NCBI GenBank assembly: GCA_963837955.1
Contig: CAWIPH010000002.1
Location: 2,272,001 to 2,336,000 of the forward strand
From: an uncultured Verrucomicrobiae bacterium
Lineage (GTDB): Bacteria > Verrucomicrobiota > Verrucomicrobiia > Chthoniobacterales > JAFAMB01
Reading direction: 5' to 3'
Length of the DNA: 64,000 bases
Position numbers and translations under genes: made by a program. Shown in pieces: positions 18,596-29,040 of this stretch. Under the pieces are notes generated by a model. The model had not been told where the DNA came from. It made no database searches and saw only the letters and a list, made by a program, of their open reading frames with translations. Position 1 is the stretch's first letter, and each line of letters opens with the position of its first letter.

Positions 18596-19498
18596 TTAGA
18601 AGCGAAAACTTATTCCAACTAAGGGCTGCCAATCTTGGGCCGCTCGGGTGACTCCGGCATTGATCCCGCAGTCCACAATGATGTTATCGCTGATAGAGTA
18701 GGCGAGTCCGCCATCCACCGTTCCGACCCACCCTGTGTGTCTTTCGGTGCTGACGGCAGTAAAGAACTCGACGTAACTATCCAACTTCTTGGTAATCGGA
18801 TGATGCAATGAAACGGAATTGATGAAATCGAGATGGTAACCCGTGTTGGCGGCATCTTCATTGATATCCATTTCTGTCATCGCAAAGAGTTGAAAATCCA
18901 GAGGCAACTTGAAGTCTACTGGAAGAATGAACCCTCCCTCGATGTCCTGATTGCCCAACCCGCCTTGGTTGGTTGGAATCTTCATAAATGGAATGAACCC
19001 TAACGCAACCGGCAGATTCCCTTCGTCGCCAAAAAGGTTAAGCTTGGCGCGGACGACCAAGTCTCCAAAGCCGCTCATGCGAGTCTTCAGGTTGCCCTGT
19101 TTAACGTCTACTTCATTGTAAACCGGGACAAATAGTTCCAGGTCCAGATTATTTAAAACGCCCAGCTTGATTGCTGGATTGAACCATTGATAGCTCTTAG
19201 TGCGAATGTCAGAATATCTTTGGGGTTGGTTAGTGTAGGTGTATTGGAAAATACCGACTTCGAATTGAAGATGGCCTGCATCTGCTGTGAAAGGGCCTTC
19301 GGTCTGGTCAGGTCGATCGGGAGCGAAGTCCCGTAGCTGTCCACACGGCGTAGGGTTGAAAAGATTGTACTGAATTTTGTCGGCGGTCTGGGCAGCTGGG
19401 TCAGGTTGTTCGCCGAAAGACCTTTGTGCGATTGCTGAAAATAACAGCGCAACGGCACCGGATACGCTGAGGATGATGAACGATACATTATGTCTCAT
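18596..19498 (-). CDS. Outer-membrane beta-barrel transporter (Phenol_MetA_deg-like)
   Basis: Signal peptide; DRPDQTEGPFT, GFGDL and PFMKIPT motifs; C-terminal GISFRF. Confidence 0.8.
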   Translation of the reverse strand: MRHNVSFIILSVSGAVALLFSAIAQRSFGEQPDPAAQTADKIQYNLFNPTPCGQLRDFAPDRPDQTEGPFTADAGHLQFEVGIFQYTYTNQPQRYSDIRTKSYQWFNPAIKLGVLNNLDLELFVPVYNEVDVKQGNLKTRMSGFGDLVVRAKLNLFGDEGNLPVALGFIPFMKIPTNQGGLGNQDIEGGFILPVDFKLPLDFQLFAMTEMDINEDAANTGYHLDFINSVSLHHPITKKLDSYVEFFTAVSTERHTGWVGTVDGGLAYSISDNIIVDCGINAGVTRAAQDWQPLVGISFRF

Positions 19499-19560
19499 TG
19501 AGATCTCGGCCCGGTACTACGACCCTGGGATTCTCGGAAAAGCGCGACCGGTACGCGAAC

Positions 19561-20940
19561 TTATTGAGGAGTTGAACCGGTCAAGTTCTGCCACAATAGA
19601 TACCCATTCAGCAGGGCGATCACGATCCCCAAGGTCCAGCCGCTAATTCTTATCCAGCGCGGATTCACAAATTCGCCCATCTTCGTTTTGTCGCTGGTAA
19701 ACATCACGAGAGGAATTACGGCGAAGCTCAGTTGCATGCTCAGGATCACTTGACTCAGGATCAACAGTTGAGCTGTGCCGTTCTCTCCCAACAGAGCGGT
19801 AACGATGATAGCGGGGATGATGGCCAAAAGCCGAGTAATCAGGCGACGTAGAACCGGAGGCAGCCGGAGGCGCAAGAAACCTTCCATCACGATTTGACCG
19901 GCCAGAGTTCCGGTAAGCGTTGAGTTTTGGCCCGATGCCAACAGTGCGACTGCGAACAAGGTGCTGGCGGCACCGACTCCGAGAAGGGGACTCAGCAGTT
20001 TATAGGCATCCTGAATTTCCGCGACCTCGTGATGGCCGCTTCGATAGAAGGTAGCAGCAGCTACGATGAGAATCGCGGCATTGATAAAAAGTGCAAAAAA
20101 GAGGGCGATCGTGGAATCGATTGTGCCGAACAAAATGGCTTCCCGCTTTCCTTTTGGTGAAAGTTCGTAGTGGCGGGTCTGAGCAATGGAGGAGTGCAGA
20201 TAAAGATTATGCGGCATCACCGTCGCCCCTAGGATCCCGATCGCGACATAGAACATAGCGTGATTGTGGAGAATTTCGGACGAGGGCAAGCAACCTAGCG
20301 CGAGTGCGCCGAGATCCGGTTTCGAAAGGAAGATTTGGATCCCGAAACTGACGGCGATCACGCCGATCAGAGCGAGTACCAGCGCCTCGATTATCCGAAA
20401 TCCTCTATTCTGTAAGTAAAGGACAGCGAGCACATCGCACGCCGTCAGACAAACACCCCAAATCAAAGGGAGGCCAAATAGCAGATTCAAGGCGATGGCC
20501 GAACCGATGACTTCGGCCAGGTCACAGGCAGCGATGGCGATCTCGCAACCCACCCAAAGAATGAAGTTGATAACGGGAGGGAAGTGATCGCGGCAAGCTT
20601 GAGCAAGATCGCGTCCCGTCGCCACGCCCAGCTTAAGAGCCAGGTGTTGCAGGAAAATAGCCATCAGGCTCGAGATGATGACCACTGAAAGAAGCGTGTA
20701 ATAGAACTGAGACCCGCCGGCGATATCAGTGGCCCAATTACCTGGGTCCATGTAGCCGACCGCAATCAGGTAGCCAGGACCGGAGAACGCCAGCAGCTTG
20801 CGCAGGAGTCCCCACCAATTCCGGCCAACCTTGGGTATTTTGACCGACCGATATACTTCCGGCAGCGAGGGACCAGTTCGCTCGAAGCGCCAGCCCTTTT
20901 CTGGAGCAACAGGTTCAACGGTCTCGACAGATTGGTTCAT
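19561..20940 (-). CDS. mntH: Nramp family Mn2+ transporter
   Basis: [21 protein letters not shown] and GQIVMEGF motifs. Confidence 0.96.
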   Translation of the reverse strand: MNQSVETVEPVAPEKGWRFERTGPSLPEVYRSVKIPKVGRNWWGLLRKLLAFSGPGYLIAVGYMDPGNWATDIAGGSQFYYTLLSVVIISSLMAIFLQHLALKLGVATGRDLAQACRDHFPPVINFILWVGCEIAIAACDLAEVIGSAIALNLLFGLPLIWGVCLTACDVLAVLYLQNRGFRIIEALVLALIGVIAVSFGIQIFLSKPDLGALALGCLPSSEILHNHAMFYVAIGILGATVMPHNLYLHSSIAQTRHYELSPKGKREAILFGTIDSTIALFFALFINAAILIVAAATFYRSGHHEVAEIQDAYKLLSPLLGVGAASTLFAVALLASGQNSTLTGTLAGQIVMEGFLRLRLPPVLRRLITRLLAIIPAIIVTALLGENGTAQLLILSQVILSMQLSFAVIPLVMFTSDKTKMGEFVNPRWIRISGWTLGIVIALLNGYLLWQNLTGSTPQ

Positions 20941-20985
20941 AGTTCCCCCTGAGTTTGAGCCAATAAGTTAGTGCTCTCTCAGAGA

Positions 20986-21001
20986 TTTAGCTTCGCCTAA
21001 T
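20986..21001. promoter_or_regulatory. Candidate MntR/DtxR-family operator
   Basis: TTTAGCTTCGCCTAAT (TTAG-N6-CTAA palindrome) about 45 nt upstream of mntH. Confidence 0.6.
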
Positions 21002-21287
21002 GACAATAGCAAGAACTAAAATCGATTTTCTTAAGGGCGAGCGAGCACGCGCGCCGAAGCAATCATATCGACGTTACCTGCCCAGGCTTGGCTGTCGTTG
21101 ACCCAGAATAGGCGACCGCGCGTTTGCAGAAAATGTCGCAGTTGTCATGAGTCCGTTCGTTTTTGTTTGTTGTTCTTAGTCACCGCACTTCGGCGATGAG
21201 AAGCTCCTTAGCAGGCTAGCGCCAGGATGTTGTATCTCGCAACGATTTCATCTAGAGCGGAACCTCGATTAGACTTACGGTGCCGCG

Positions 21288-21815
21288 ATGGATCCAACGG
21301 CAGAGTATGTTGTGGTATCAGCCTCTCTCCGCGAAGCAAGTCTGAGTCGAGCCTTGGCTAATGAGCTCCTTGCTTATTATCGCGAGTCGAAGCTGAGTAG
21401 TCATTTGCTTGATCTGCGTCAGGTGGCGCTCCCGTTTTGCGACGCGGACTCTGCCTACGGCCATCCTAATGTGGAGGCCGCTCAGAATCTGTTGAACTCG
21501 GCCCGTGTGATTATAGTGGCAACGCCCATCTATAACTTCGATGTCAACGCGGCCGCGAAGAATCTGGTGGAGCTAACCGGGGATGCGTGGGAAAACAAAG
21601 TGGTCGGATTCTTGTGCGCAGCTGGCGGAGCCTCCAGCTACATGTCCGTAATGGGATTGGCCAACAGTCTGATGCTCGACTTTCGCAGCATAATCATTCC
21701 GCGATTTGTCTACGCGACTCGTCACGACTTTGCGGATGGACTCCGTCTTCGGGACGAGGTTCGAGCTCGGGTGCGCGAGCTTGGAGAGGCCTCTCGCAAG
21801 ATTCGGGTGGGGTAA
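21288..21815 (+). CDS. NADPH-dependent FMN reductase family protein
   Basis: SASLREASLS, ATPIYN, AAKN and KVVGFL motifs. Confidence 0.88.
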   Translation: MDPTAEYVVVSASLREASLSRALANELLAYYRESKLSSHLLDLRQVALPFCDADSAYGHPNVEAAQNLLNSARVIIVATPIYNFDVNAAAKNLVELTGDAWENKVVGFLCAAGGASSYMSVMGLANSLMLDFRSIIIPRFVYATRHDFADGLRLRDEVRARVRELGEASRKIRVG

Positions 21816-21878
21816 AGCACCTCGGGATCCGCCGGTCAACGACGATGCTAGCAGAGAGCGTGTAGGCTTCGATAAGGT

Positions 21879-22061
21879 CGGAGGGGAGCCGCTTGCGGCT
21901 CCCGGGAATAGTCCACGATGAAACGAAGCCGCGGATTCCTGGGCTCGATTCCTCGTTTGATCCTGGACCGTTCCCGGGCGTCGCACGTGTCTCGACGAAG
22001 CCTCCGCCGCAGCTTGCACCTTTGGGAACAAATCGGCGAAGTCGGAAGCGACGCCCCTCCG
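21879..22061 (+). repeat. Family A copy 2, carrying 61-bp insert H (21986-22046)
   Basis: Same termini as copy 1; closest to inverted copy 3, including about 35 bp of flank on each side. Confidence 0.92.
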
Positions 22062-22309
22062 CGCGTCGGAAATTCGCCAATCCTGTCGCTACGCGCACCT
22101 GAGAAGTCATCGCGAGAATGAATGACGTAAACGTTCTAATCGATTGGCTTCTATCCTCAGACCCTGATGGCGGAGCTGCAATTCCGATGGGAGGGCGGTC
22201 TGAGCTAAGTTCTGACCCAAAAGAATTCTCCTAGATGCCATCGTATAAAACAATACAAACAACTATACTATCGATATGCACTATGCTCTCGAGCGTACGA
22301 AATTCGGGC

Positions 22310-22801
22310 ATGGAGCAACCTTCAAAGGCATCTCGGAACAACGCCGAATCCCACAGACGTGGATTTCGGAGAACCGCAATTGTGGCCGGCATTGCTGCGT
22401 TAATTGCCGTCTTGGTTCTGATCGTCGGCTACTATGCCATGACGTCATCTGACGAAACGATATGCGATATTGCTATCATCATACTTCTTTTGCCAACGGT
22501 CGTCATCTGCGAGCATCTCGGTCTCGGACACTTCAGCTTCTTGGGACCATCAACGATCCCTGATTGGGCGTTCATCACCGTCGGTATTTTTTGGGTCTAC
22601 GTCCTTAGCCTGATCGCAGTCATCGCGTCTCGTCTTCTTTGGAGGTGCGTCTGTGGCGTCGGGTTGTTGGTCGGAAGAAATCGGAATGATCAGGCACCGA
22701 CTGAGATAAAACCCCTGACCGGCGGCGAAAACTTAGGCGCGGGGAATCGTTGTACGCCGAAGGCGTCAAAGGACTCAGCCCGGGGTGGAGGCTTTGCGTA
22801 A
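22310..22801 (+). CDS. Hypothetical membrane protein (about 3 TM)
   Basis: Three hydrophobic segments; stop codon supplied by a family B repeat; start uncertain. Confidence 0.5.
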   Translation: MEQPSKASRNNAESHRRGFRRTAIVAGIAALIAVLVLIVGYYAMTSSDETICDIAIIILLLPTVVICEHLGLGHFSFLGPSTIPDWAFITVGIFWVYVLSLIAVIASRLLWRCVCGVGLLVGRNRNDQAPTEIKPLTGGENLGAGNRCTPKASKDSARGGGFA

Positions 22802-22851
22802 CCCCGGGTAACGCAAAAAAACGCGTCCGCTCTGAAAGAGCGTAAGAAATC
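22752..22851 (+). repeat. Family B REP, single arm
   Basis: GTACGCCGAAGGCGT.AAAGGACTCAGCCCGGGGTGGAGGCTTTGCGTAACCCCGGG...GCTCTGAAAGAGCG, as at 54.8-55.3 kb. Confidence 0.9.
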
Positions 22852-22902
22852 CTCTGCCCAATCGACGTCGCGTAGCGCCAGGATTGGCGAACTTCAAACG
22901 TA

Positions 22903-23025
22903 CGGAGGGGCGTCGCTTGCGACGCCCGGGAATAGACCAGGATCAAACGAGGAATCGAGCCCAGGAGTCCCGCGGCTTCGTTCCATCGTGGATTATTCCC
23001 GGGAGCCGCAAGCGGCTCCCCTCCG
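22903..23025 (-). repeat. Family A copy 3, empty (no H insert)
   Basis: Reverse complement of copy 2 with GTCGCA joined directly to AGCGAC. Confidence 0.92.
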
Positions 23026-23191
23026 ACCCCATCAAAGCCTATACGCTCTCCACTAGCATGGTCACGGTCCTGCGTTTTTTTTGACCGTTGAAGGAAATCA
23101 CTCAATGAACTCCTTGCCAGGGCGAAGTTATCGGTGGTAGACGTTTTGCCGCGGTGCTTTGGTCGAAAGTGAGTAATCGCACCGCGAGACA

Positions 23192-24757
23192 ATGCCCCCC
23201 CTCGAACAGAATCCACCATCGGCGACCGTGCCGGTAGTATCATCCAAGGCCCCAGTGCTTGCGGCGCATGAGGTGACGAAGGCGTTTGGACCGGTCAAAG
23301 TCTTGCAAGACGTTACCTTGGACTTTTTTGGAGGCGAGATTCACGCGATCGTTGGCGAAAACGGGGCCGGCAAATCGACTTTGATGAAGATTTTGGCCGG
23401 CTTACTCGAGCCGACGTCGGGGGAAGTCCGTTTCCGCGGCGAAACGGTCGAGACCGGCGATCTCCGCAGGATGGAGGAGCGGGGAGTCCGCTTTATTCAT
23501 CAAGAACTGAATTTGGCCGAGGATCTTCGGGTCGTTGAAAATCTTTTTCTTGGAGAGGAACCTCGCCGCGGTCTCTTTTTGGATGAGGCGCGGATGCGCG
23601 CGCAAGGGCGAGAAGTATTGAGACGGGTCGGGGCAGAGGTTGATTTGGATGCACGCGTATCTGATCTCCGCATCAGCGAGAAGCAACTGGTAGAAATTGC
23701 GAAAGCGATTTCCCAACAGGCGACAGCGTTGATCCTAGATGAGCCGACCGCGATGCTGACCCAACCTGAAGCGGACCGCCTGTTTGAAATCATTGAGTCC
23801 TTCGCGGCAGAGGGCGTGGCTATTCTTTACATTTCCCACCGCCTCGAGGAGGTGAAACGGCTCGCAACGCGGATCAGCGTTTTACGCGACGGCCGCCTGG
23901 TGGCGACACGGCCGGCGAACGAGCTGGCTCCGAATGAAATTGTTCGCCTAATGGTTGGACGCAGCCTGCAGGATTTTTTTCCGGAGAAGAAGATTTCTGC
24001 AAGAGATCAGCGAGTTCTGGAAGTCCGCAATTTATCTGTGCCCGGCTATGTCAATGACGCTTCATTCGAGCTGAAGAAAGGAGAAATTCTTGGGTTTGCC
24101 GGTCTGATTGGCGCGGGACGAAGCGAATTGTTTGAAGGTTTGATGGGCCTGCGAAAGACAAGCTCCGGCACCGTCCTGAGAGACGGGCGGCCGGTGGGAT
24201 TCACTGACTACCCTCAGGCCATTGCTCGCTTGCGCGCTGCCTATCTGCCGGAGGATCGGAAAGGAAAAGGATTGGTAGTATCATTCGATGCTCCGACCAA
24301 CTACTCTTTACTTGGGCTGGATCGCTTTGGTACCTGGTTTGTCGACCGTCGTAAGGAGCGAGCTTCCTTTCGAAAGGCGGTCGACCACTTTCAAATAAAG
24401 GTTTCCGACTATGCCATGCCAGTTGCCCAGTTAAGCGGTGGAAATCAACAAAAGGTGGTGCTGGCCAAAATCCTTACTATTGACCCAGAAATCATTATTT
24501 TTGACGAGCCGACCCGAGGGATCGACGTGGGTACTAAAGCCCAGATTTATCGATGGATTGGGAATATGGCGGCTGAAGGGCGGTCGTGCATTGTGATCTC
24601 CTCGGAGCTTTTAGAAATTGTCGGCTTGTGCCATCGAGTGATTGTGATGCGATCTTCTCGGATCGTTGCCAGCCTGGAAGGTGACGCCATCAGTGAAGAT
24701 CAGATCATGCTGTACGCGACCGGCGTTCGTCCGGCGGAACCCTTTTTGACTTCATGA
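23192..24757 (+). CDS. Sugar ABC transporter ATP-binding protein (RbsA-like)
   Basis: GENGAGKS, LDEPT, LSGGNQQK and DEPTRG motifs; two nucleotide-binding domains. Confidence 0.93.
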   Translation: MPPLEQNPPSATVPVVSSKAPVLAAHEVTKAFGPVKVLQDVTLDFFGGEIHAIVGENGAGKSTLMKILAGLLEPTSGEVRFRGETVETGDLRRMEERGVRFIHQELNLAEDLRVVENLFLGEEPRRGLFLDEARMRAQGREVLRRVGAEVDLDARVSDLRISEKQLVEIAKAISQQATALILDEPTAMLTQPEADRLFEIIESFAAEGVAILYISHRLEEVKRLATRISVLRDGRLVATRPANELAPNEIVRLMVGRSLQDFFPEKKISARDQRVLEVRNLSVPGYVNDASFELKKGEILGFAGLIGAGRSELFEGLMGLRKTSSGTVLRDGRPVGFTDYPQAIARLRAAYLPEDRKGKGLVVSFDAPTNYSLLGLDRFGTWFVDRRKERASFRKAVDHFQIKVSDYAMPVAQLSGGNQQKVVLAKILTIDPEIIIFDEPTRGIDVGTKAQIYRWIGNMAAEGRSCIVISSELLEIVGLCHRVIVMRSSRIVASLEGDAISEDQIMLYATGVRPAEPFLTS

Positions 24758-25776
24758 ACTCAGCGGAATCGATCGAAGCAACTCCGAGACCGCAGAGGGG
24801 TTTTGATGTAAGAACAATCGGGCGATGGGCGCGCGCGGGAGGCCCACTGATCGCGCTAGTACTCTTGATCATTATCGGTCAGATCCTGAACCCTAATTTC
24901 TTAAGATGGGATAACGTTACCAACGTTCTCACTCGAAGCGCGTTTGTCGGGATTATTAGCGTCGGCGCGACTTTTGTCATTGTGACCGGCCAGATCGACC
25001 TAAGCGTTGGCGCGATGGCGGCCTTTATCGCCGGTCTGATGATCATCGTGATCAATCAGCTTTCCCTAATCGGTTGGGCAAAGGAACTGGCGATCGTTGC
25101 TGGGATGGGACTCGGATTGTTAGTCGGACTGGTTAGTGGCTTGGCCAACGGATTCCTCTCAACTAAGGGAAAAATCGAATCATTTATCGTCACTCTCGGA
25201 ACGATGGGCATTTTCCGATCGCTAGTGACGTTTATTGCCAACGGCGGAACATTAACGCTCGACTCCAGTGTTCGGGAGACCTATCGACCGGTGTTTTACG
25301 ATTCCTGGTTGTATATTCCGATTCCTGTTTGGGTCTTGGCTGCGGTGGTAGCGATTGGCTGGGTAGTGCTGGCCAAGACTCGCTTCGGCCGCTATTGCCG
25401 AGCAGTTGGATCGAACGCTGAGGTCGCACACTATTCCGCAATCCGAGTGAACCGCATTCGGGTCGTGGCTTTTGTTGTTCAAGGATTTTGCGTTGCTCTG
25501 GCGACATTGCTGTATGTCCCGCGGCTCGGTTCGGCTTCGTCTTCAACTGGAGTTCTCTGGGAGCTTGAGGCCATTACGGCTGTCGTCGTAGGAGGAACGG
25601 CGCTACGCGGCGGTTCTGGACGAGTCTGGGGATCAATCGTCGGTGCGCTCATTCTTACCTTAGTTGGCAATATTCTGAATCTGACCAGCCTCATTAGCGT
25701 GTATCTTAACGGAGCGGTGCAAGGGATTATCATCTTAGGAGCTGCCTTGCTGCAGCGTAGTAGCAGGACGCGTTAA
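24754..25776 (+). CDS. Sugar ABC transporter permease (RbsC-like)
   Basis: IDLSVG, FIVTLG and ELEAITAVVVGG motifs. Confidence 0.93.
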   Translation: MNSAESIEATPRPQRGFDVRTIGRWARAGGPLIALVLLIIIGQILNPNFLRWDNVTNVLTRSAFVGIISVGATFVIVTGQIDLSVGAMAAFIAGLMIIVINQLSLIGWAKELAIVAGMGLGLLVGLVSGLANGFLSTKGKIESFIVTLGTMGIFRSLVTFIANGGTLTLDSSVRETYRPVFYDSWLYIPIPVWVLAAVVAIGWVVLAKTRFGRYCRAVGSNAEVAHYSAIRVNRIRVVAFVVQGFCVALATLLYVPRLGSASSSTGVLWELEAITAVVVGGTALRGGSGRVWGSIVGALILTLVGNILNLTSLISVYLNGAVQGIIILGAALLQRSSRTR

Positions 25777-25791
25777 TTACCCCCCCAAAAA

Positions 25792-26748
25792 ATGACTAAG
25801 TTAACTAAATACCTCGCCTTGCTGCCATGTTGTGCAGCCGGCCTCATCGCCGGATCGGCAACGGCTCAAGAAACCATTAAGATTGGCGTCTCCATTCCTT
25901 CCGCAGACCACGGCTGGACTGGTGGCGTAAATTACTTCGCTGCAGAAGCGAAAAAGCGGATCGAATCGACCTACAAGAACGTTCAGGTCTCGGTGGTTAC
26001 GGCCACTAACCCAAGCGACCAAGCCAACAGCTTGGAGGATCTGGTGGCGACCCAACAAATCAAGGCACTCGTCATTCTGCCATACGAGTCAGCGCCGCTC
26101 ACTGATCCGGTGCGCCAGGTCAAAAAGAAAGGCGTGTTTGTAACCGTGATAGATCGGGCTCTGACCGATCCGACCATCCAGGACCTTTATGTCGCTGGTG
26201 ATAATCCAGGTATGGGAAAGATCGCCGGCCAATATTTCCTCGATAAATTAGGTGGGAAAGGAAACATCGTCGTGCTGCGCGGTCTGCCGACCGTCATCGA
26301 TAATCAACGCTTTGATTCCTTTATGGATAAAATTAAAGGATCGCAAATCAAAGTGCTCGATTCCAAGTATGCGAATTGGAATCGGGACGACGGATTCAAA
26401 GTTATGCAAGATTTCCTGACTCGGTTTCCGCATATTGATGCGGTTTGGGCCCAGGACGACGACATCGCGCTGGGTGTCCTTGACGCCATGCGGCAAGCAA
26501 AGCGTGACAAAGAGATGTGGGTGGTTGGCGGTGGGGGAATGAAAGAAATGGTCAAGCGGGTCTTGGACAAAGATACGCAGACGCCCGTCAATATTACGTA
26601 TTCCCCGAGCATGGTTGGCGTCGCGATCGAGCTGACGGCGCTTCACTTCGTAACGAAGCTTCCCATGAACGGCAGCTACATTCTGGAGTCTCCGCTCGTG
26701 ACGCCCGATAACGCGGCGCAGTATTACTTCCCGAATTCGCTGTACTAA
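25792..26748 (+). CDS. Sugar ABC transporter substrate-binding protein
   Basis: Signal peptide; periplasmic binding protein type I (IDR, GDN, WAQDDD). Confidence 0.92.
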   Translation: MTKLTKYLALLPCCAAGLIAGSATAQETIKIGVSIPSADHGWTGGVNYFAAEAKKRIESTYKNVQVSVVTATNPSDQANSLEDLVATQQIKALVILPYESAPLTDPVRQVKKKGVFVTVIDRALTDPTIQDLYVAGDNPGMGKIAGQYFLDKLGGKGNIVVLRGLPTVIDNQRFDSFMDKIKGSQIKVLDSKYANWNRDDGFKVMQDFLTRFPHIDAVWAQDDDIALGVLDAMRQAKRDKEMWVVGGGGMKEMVKRVLDKDTQTPVNITYSPSMVGVAIELTALHFVTKLPMNGSYILESPLVTPDNAAQYYFPNSLY

Positions 26749-26775
26749 GGAAAAGAATACGGAAGATTTAGAATA

Positions 26776-26873
26776 GGTAGGGACCGGCTCCCGCCGGTCC
26801 TTCGGCCACATTCGGTAGGGCGAAAGCCTGGGGCGGTATCAGCCGCGCCGGCTTGAGCCGTTCGTCCCTACCG
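26776..26873. repeat. Nested GTAG REPs (outer GTAGGGAC..GTCCCTAC, inner family D arm)
   Basis: Lies between convergent genes; inner GGTAGGGCGAAAGCCTG...GGCTTGAGCCGTTCG matches the 4192 copy. Confidence 0.7.
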
Positions 26874-26889
26874 CATTCTCTCTCTCACC

Positions 26890-28464
26890 CTACCGCTTCC
26901 AGAAACGTGTTAGTAATCGCGCTTCGGGGACTCGCAAGGCCATGGTTCCAGCCGCATAGAGCACTCCGTACAAAGGCAGGAAAATCGCCCCGGCAATCAG
27001 AGGGTGTAGATCGACCCAAATTTGTTTGAGAGGGAAGACTACGGCAGCTGCAAAAATGGCAGCTCCCCAAATCCGTACACCAAGCGAGGCCGGTAGGGCG
27101 AACGATCCAATCCGGCGCTGCAGTGATCGGCGCAGGAGAAGAAATTCCACCCAACCCGCTATTCCAGCCGATGCCGTTAACCCAGGTAGACCGCATTTTG
27201 GATCGAGATGCAGCAGGCTCGGTAAGGGGAAGGCGAAAAGGTAACCGAGCGCCACGGTTAGCACGACGCGGATAATCGCGAAGCGCAAGGGCGTTCGGGT
27301 ATCCCGCAATGCATAGAAAGCGGATGAACAGAGCCGGCCGAAAGTTGAAGCCAACAGTCCTACCCCGGATCCCGCCAGCAAAGCCCAGACATAAAGCGTA
27401 TCTACGTGGGTGAATAGCCCGGTCTGATAGAGAACGGCCGCGATGGTGTCACCGAGAGCAACGAAAGCCATCGCCGCCGGAATCACGAAGAACGCCATGC
27501 GCCGGAGTGCGGCCGTGAGGCGGGTGGTCAGTTCGGAACGCACCTCTTTCTCATCTCCTGCGAGTGCGCGCGACATCGCCGGCAGTTCCGCAGCAGAAAT
27601 CGACATGCCAAATAGGCTGATCGGAAGCAGTCCGATATTCTGGGCGTAACCAAGCAGGGCAACGGAGCCAGAAGGCAGAAGACTGGCCAAGACCGAGTCG
27701 AGGTATGCGCTGAGCTGCACCACTCCGCGGCTGATGAATACCGGTACGAAATTATGGAGGACGCTTTGTACGGACGGAGAAGATAACTTCAAAGAAAAGC
27801 GAAGACGCCGGGTGACCCGCAGCACCGTGGGCACCTGAACAAGCAGCTGAGCGAGACTGCCCACAACGGAACTCCAGCCGACATAGATGACCAGTTGAGA
27901 AAGCGAACTCGTGTTTCGGAAAATGAGGAGGCCGGCGATGATGCAGAGATTCCAGGCGACAGGTGCCGTGTAGGAGAGAAAGAAGCGTCCGTGACTGTTC
28001 AAGATGCCAAGACACCACGCTGACATCACCAGGGCACCCACACCTGGAAACATGATCTGTACTAGCGTGATGGTAAGTTGCCGTTTCTCGCCGCTAAATC
28101 CCGGGGCGATTATATCGATCAGGAAAGGGGTGGCCAAAATCCCCAGGATCACGCAGATCGAAATGACCACCGCCAAGAGCGATCCGATTACGCCGGCTAC
28201 CCGATCGGCTTCTTCATCATTGTTGCTGCCTAACAACCGCGAGTATGTCGGAATGAATGACGCGGAGAGAACGCCTTCGCCAAAGAGATTCTGAAGTATA
28301 TTCGGGATACGGAGGGCTGCTCGAAATGCATCGGCAGCGTCGGTGCTTCCGAGAAAATGGGCGAGGGAACGATCTCGAATCAATCCGGCGATCCGACTGA
28401 GCATGATCCCGGCGGCAACCAAAAATGCGGGACGACCGGAGGGAGACGGCGAGGCGGGCTTCAA
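26890..28464 (-). CDS. murJ: Lipid II flippase MurJ (MviN)
   Basis: SRIAGLIRD, RIPNILQNLFGEGVLSASFIP and FYALRDTRTP motifs. Confidence 0.93.
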   Translation of the reverse strand: MKPASPSPSGRPAFLVAAGIMLSRIAGLIRDRSLAHFLGSTDAADAFRAALRIPNILQNLFGEGVLSASFIPTYSRLLGSNNDEEADRVAGVIGSLLAVVISICVILGILATPFLIDIIAPGFSGEKRQLTITLVQIMFPGVGALVMSAWCLGILNSHGRFFLSYTAPVAWNLCIIAGLLIFRNTSSLSQLVIYVGWSSVVGSLAQLLVQVPTVLRVTRRLRFSLKLSSPSVQSVLHNFVPVFISRGVVQLSAYLDSVLASLLPSGSVALLGYAQNIGLLPISLFGMSISAAELPAMSRALAGDEKEVRSELTTRLTAALRRMAFFVIPAAMAFVALGDTIAAVLYQTGLFTHVDTLYVWALLAGSGVGLLASTFGRLCSSAFYALRDTRTPLRFAIIRVVLTVALGYLFAFPLPSLLHLDPKCGLPGLTASAGIAGWVEFLLLRRSLQRRIGSFALPASLGVRIWGAAIFAAAVVFPLKQIWVDLHPLIAGAIFLPLYGVLYAAGTMALRVPEARLLTRFWKR

Positions 28465-28699
28465 GGCCAGTAAAGGGAGAAACGGTTGCTGATTATTTTC
28501 GAACAGCAGACCTTCGACTCGAGCTCAGGTCGAGCGAACGCGATAAGATCTCCAATCGAACGCCAGTGCCATTGGCAAGGAAGGGTAATGAGAGAAGGAT
28601 CCATTTGCAGACGGAAATCGGCGCGAGGATGAGATTCATCAGGATCAGCTAGGAGTACATGATCGGGAGAAGAACACAAGAGTTCAGAATACCCGAGCC

Positions 28700-29030
28700 G
28701 GTAGCGGCGACTGCGCTTGCGAGATCTGTCCCGGGAGGGACACAGTGAAAGTAGCCCAGCACGAAGTGCTGGGATAGCGTTAAGGACGCGTCCGTCCCGC
28801 TAGGGACGATCGATTCACCCTCTGCGCTCGTGAAGTCGGATCGGATACCATTACATCAAAGTTTCGATCGTCCCTAGCGGGACGGCACCCCTTTATACGA
28901 GCTACCCAGTCCCGCGGCCGCGGGACTGGGCTACTATCACGACGTCCCCTTTGGGACGAAGACACATATCACGAAGTCAGCCATCCATAAAACCCCGCGG
29001 TCGCGGCGTTGTCGGACAGTCGCCGCTACC
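28700..29030. repeat. Family F ends enclosing a family C REPIN (about 28727-28957)
   Basis: Outer GGTAGCGGCGACTG / CAGTCGCCGCTACC; inner GTCCC..GGGAC-AGTAGCCCAG arms in inverted orientation. Confidence 0.85.
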
Positions 29031-29040
29031 AATCCCGGCC

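Noticed and set aside
20941..21287. Mn-sensing yybP-ykoY riboswitch upstream of mntH
   Set aside because: No recognisable conserved core by eye; an operator-like palindrome explains regulation better; an Rfam scan would settle it
28461..28679. 72-aa ORF overlapping the murJ start
   Set aside because: Non-ATG start, no recognisable motif; probably the murJ promoter region
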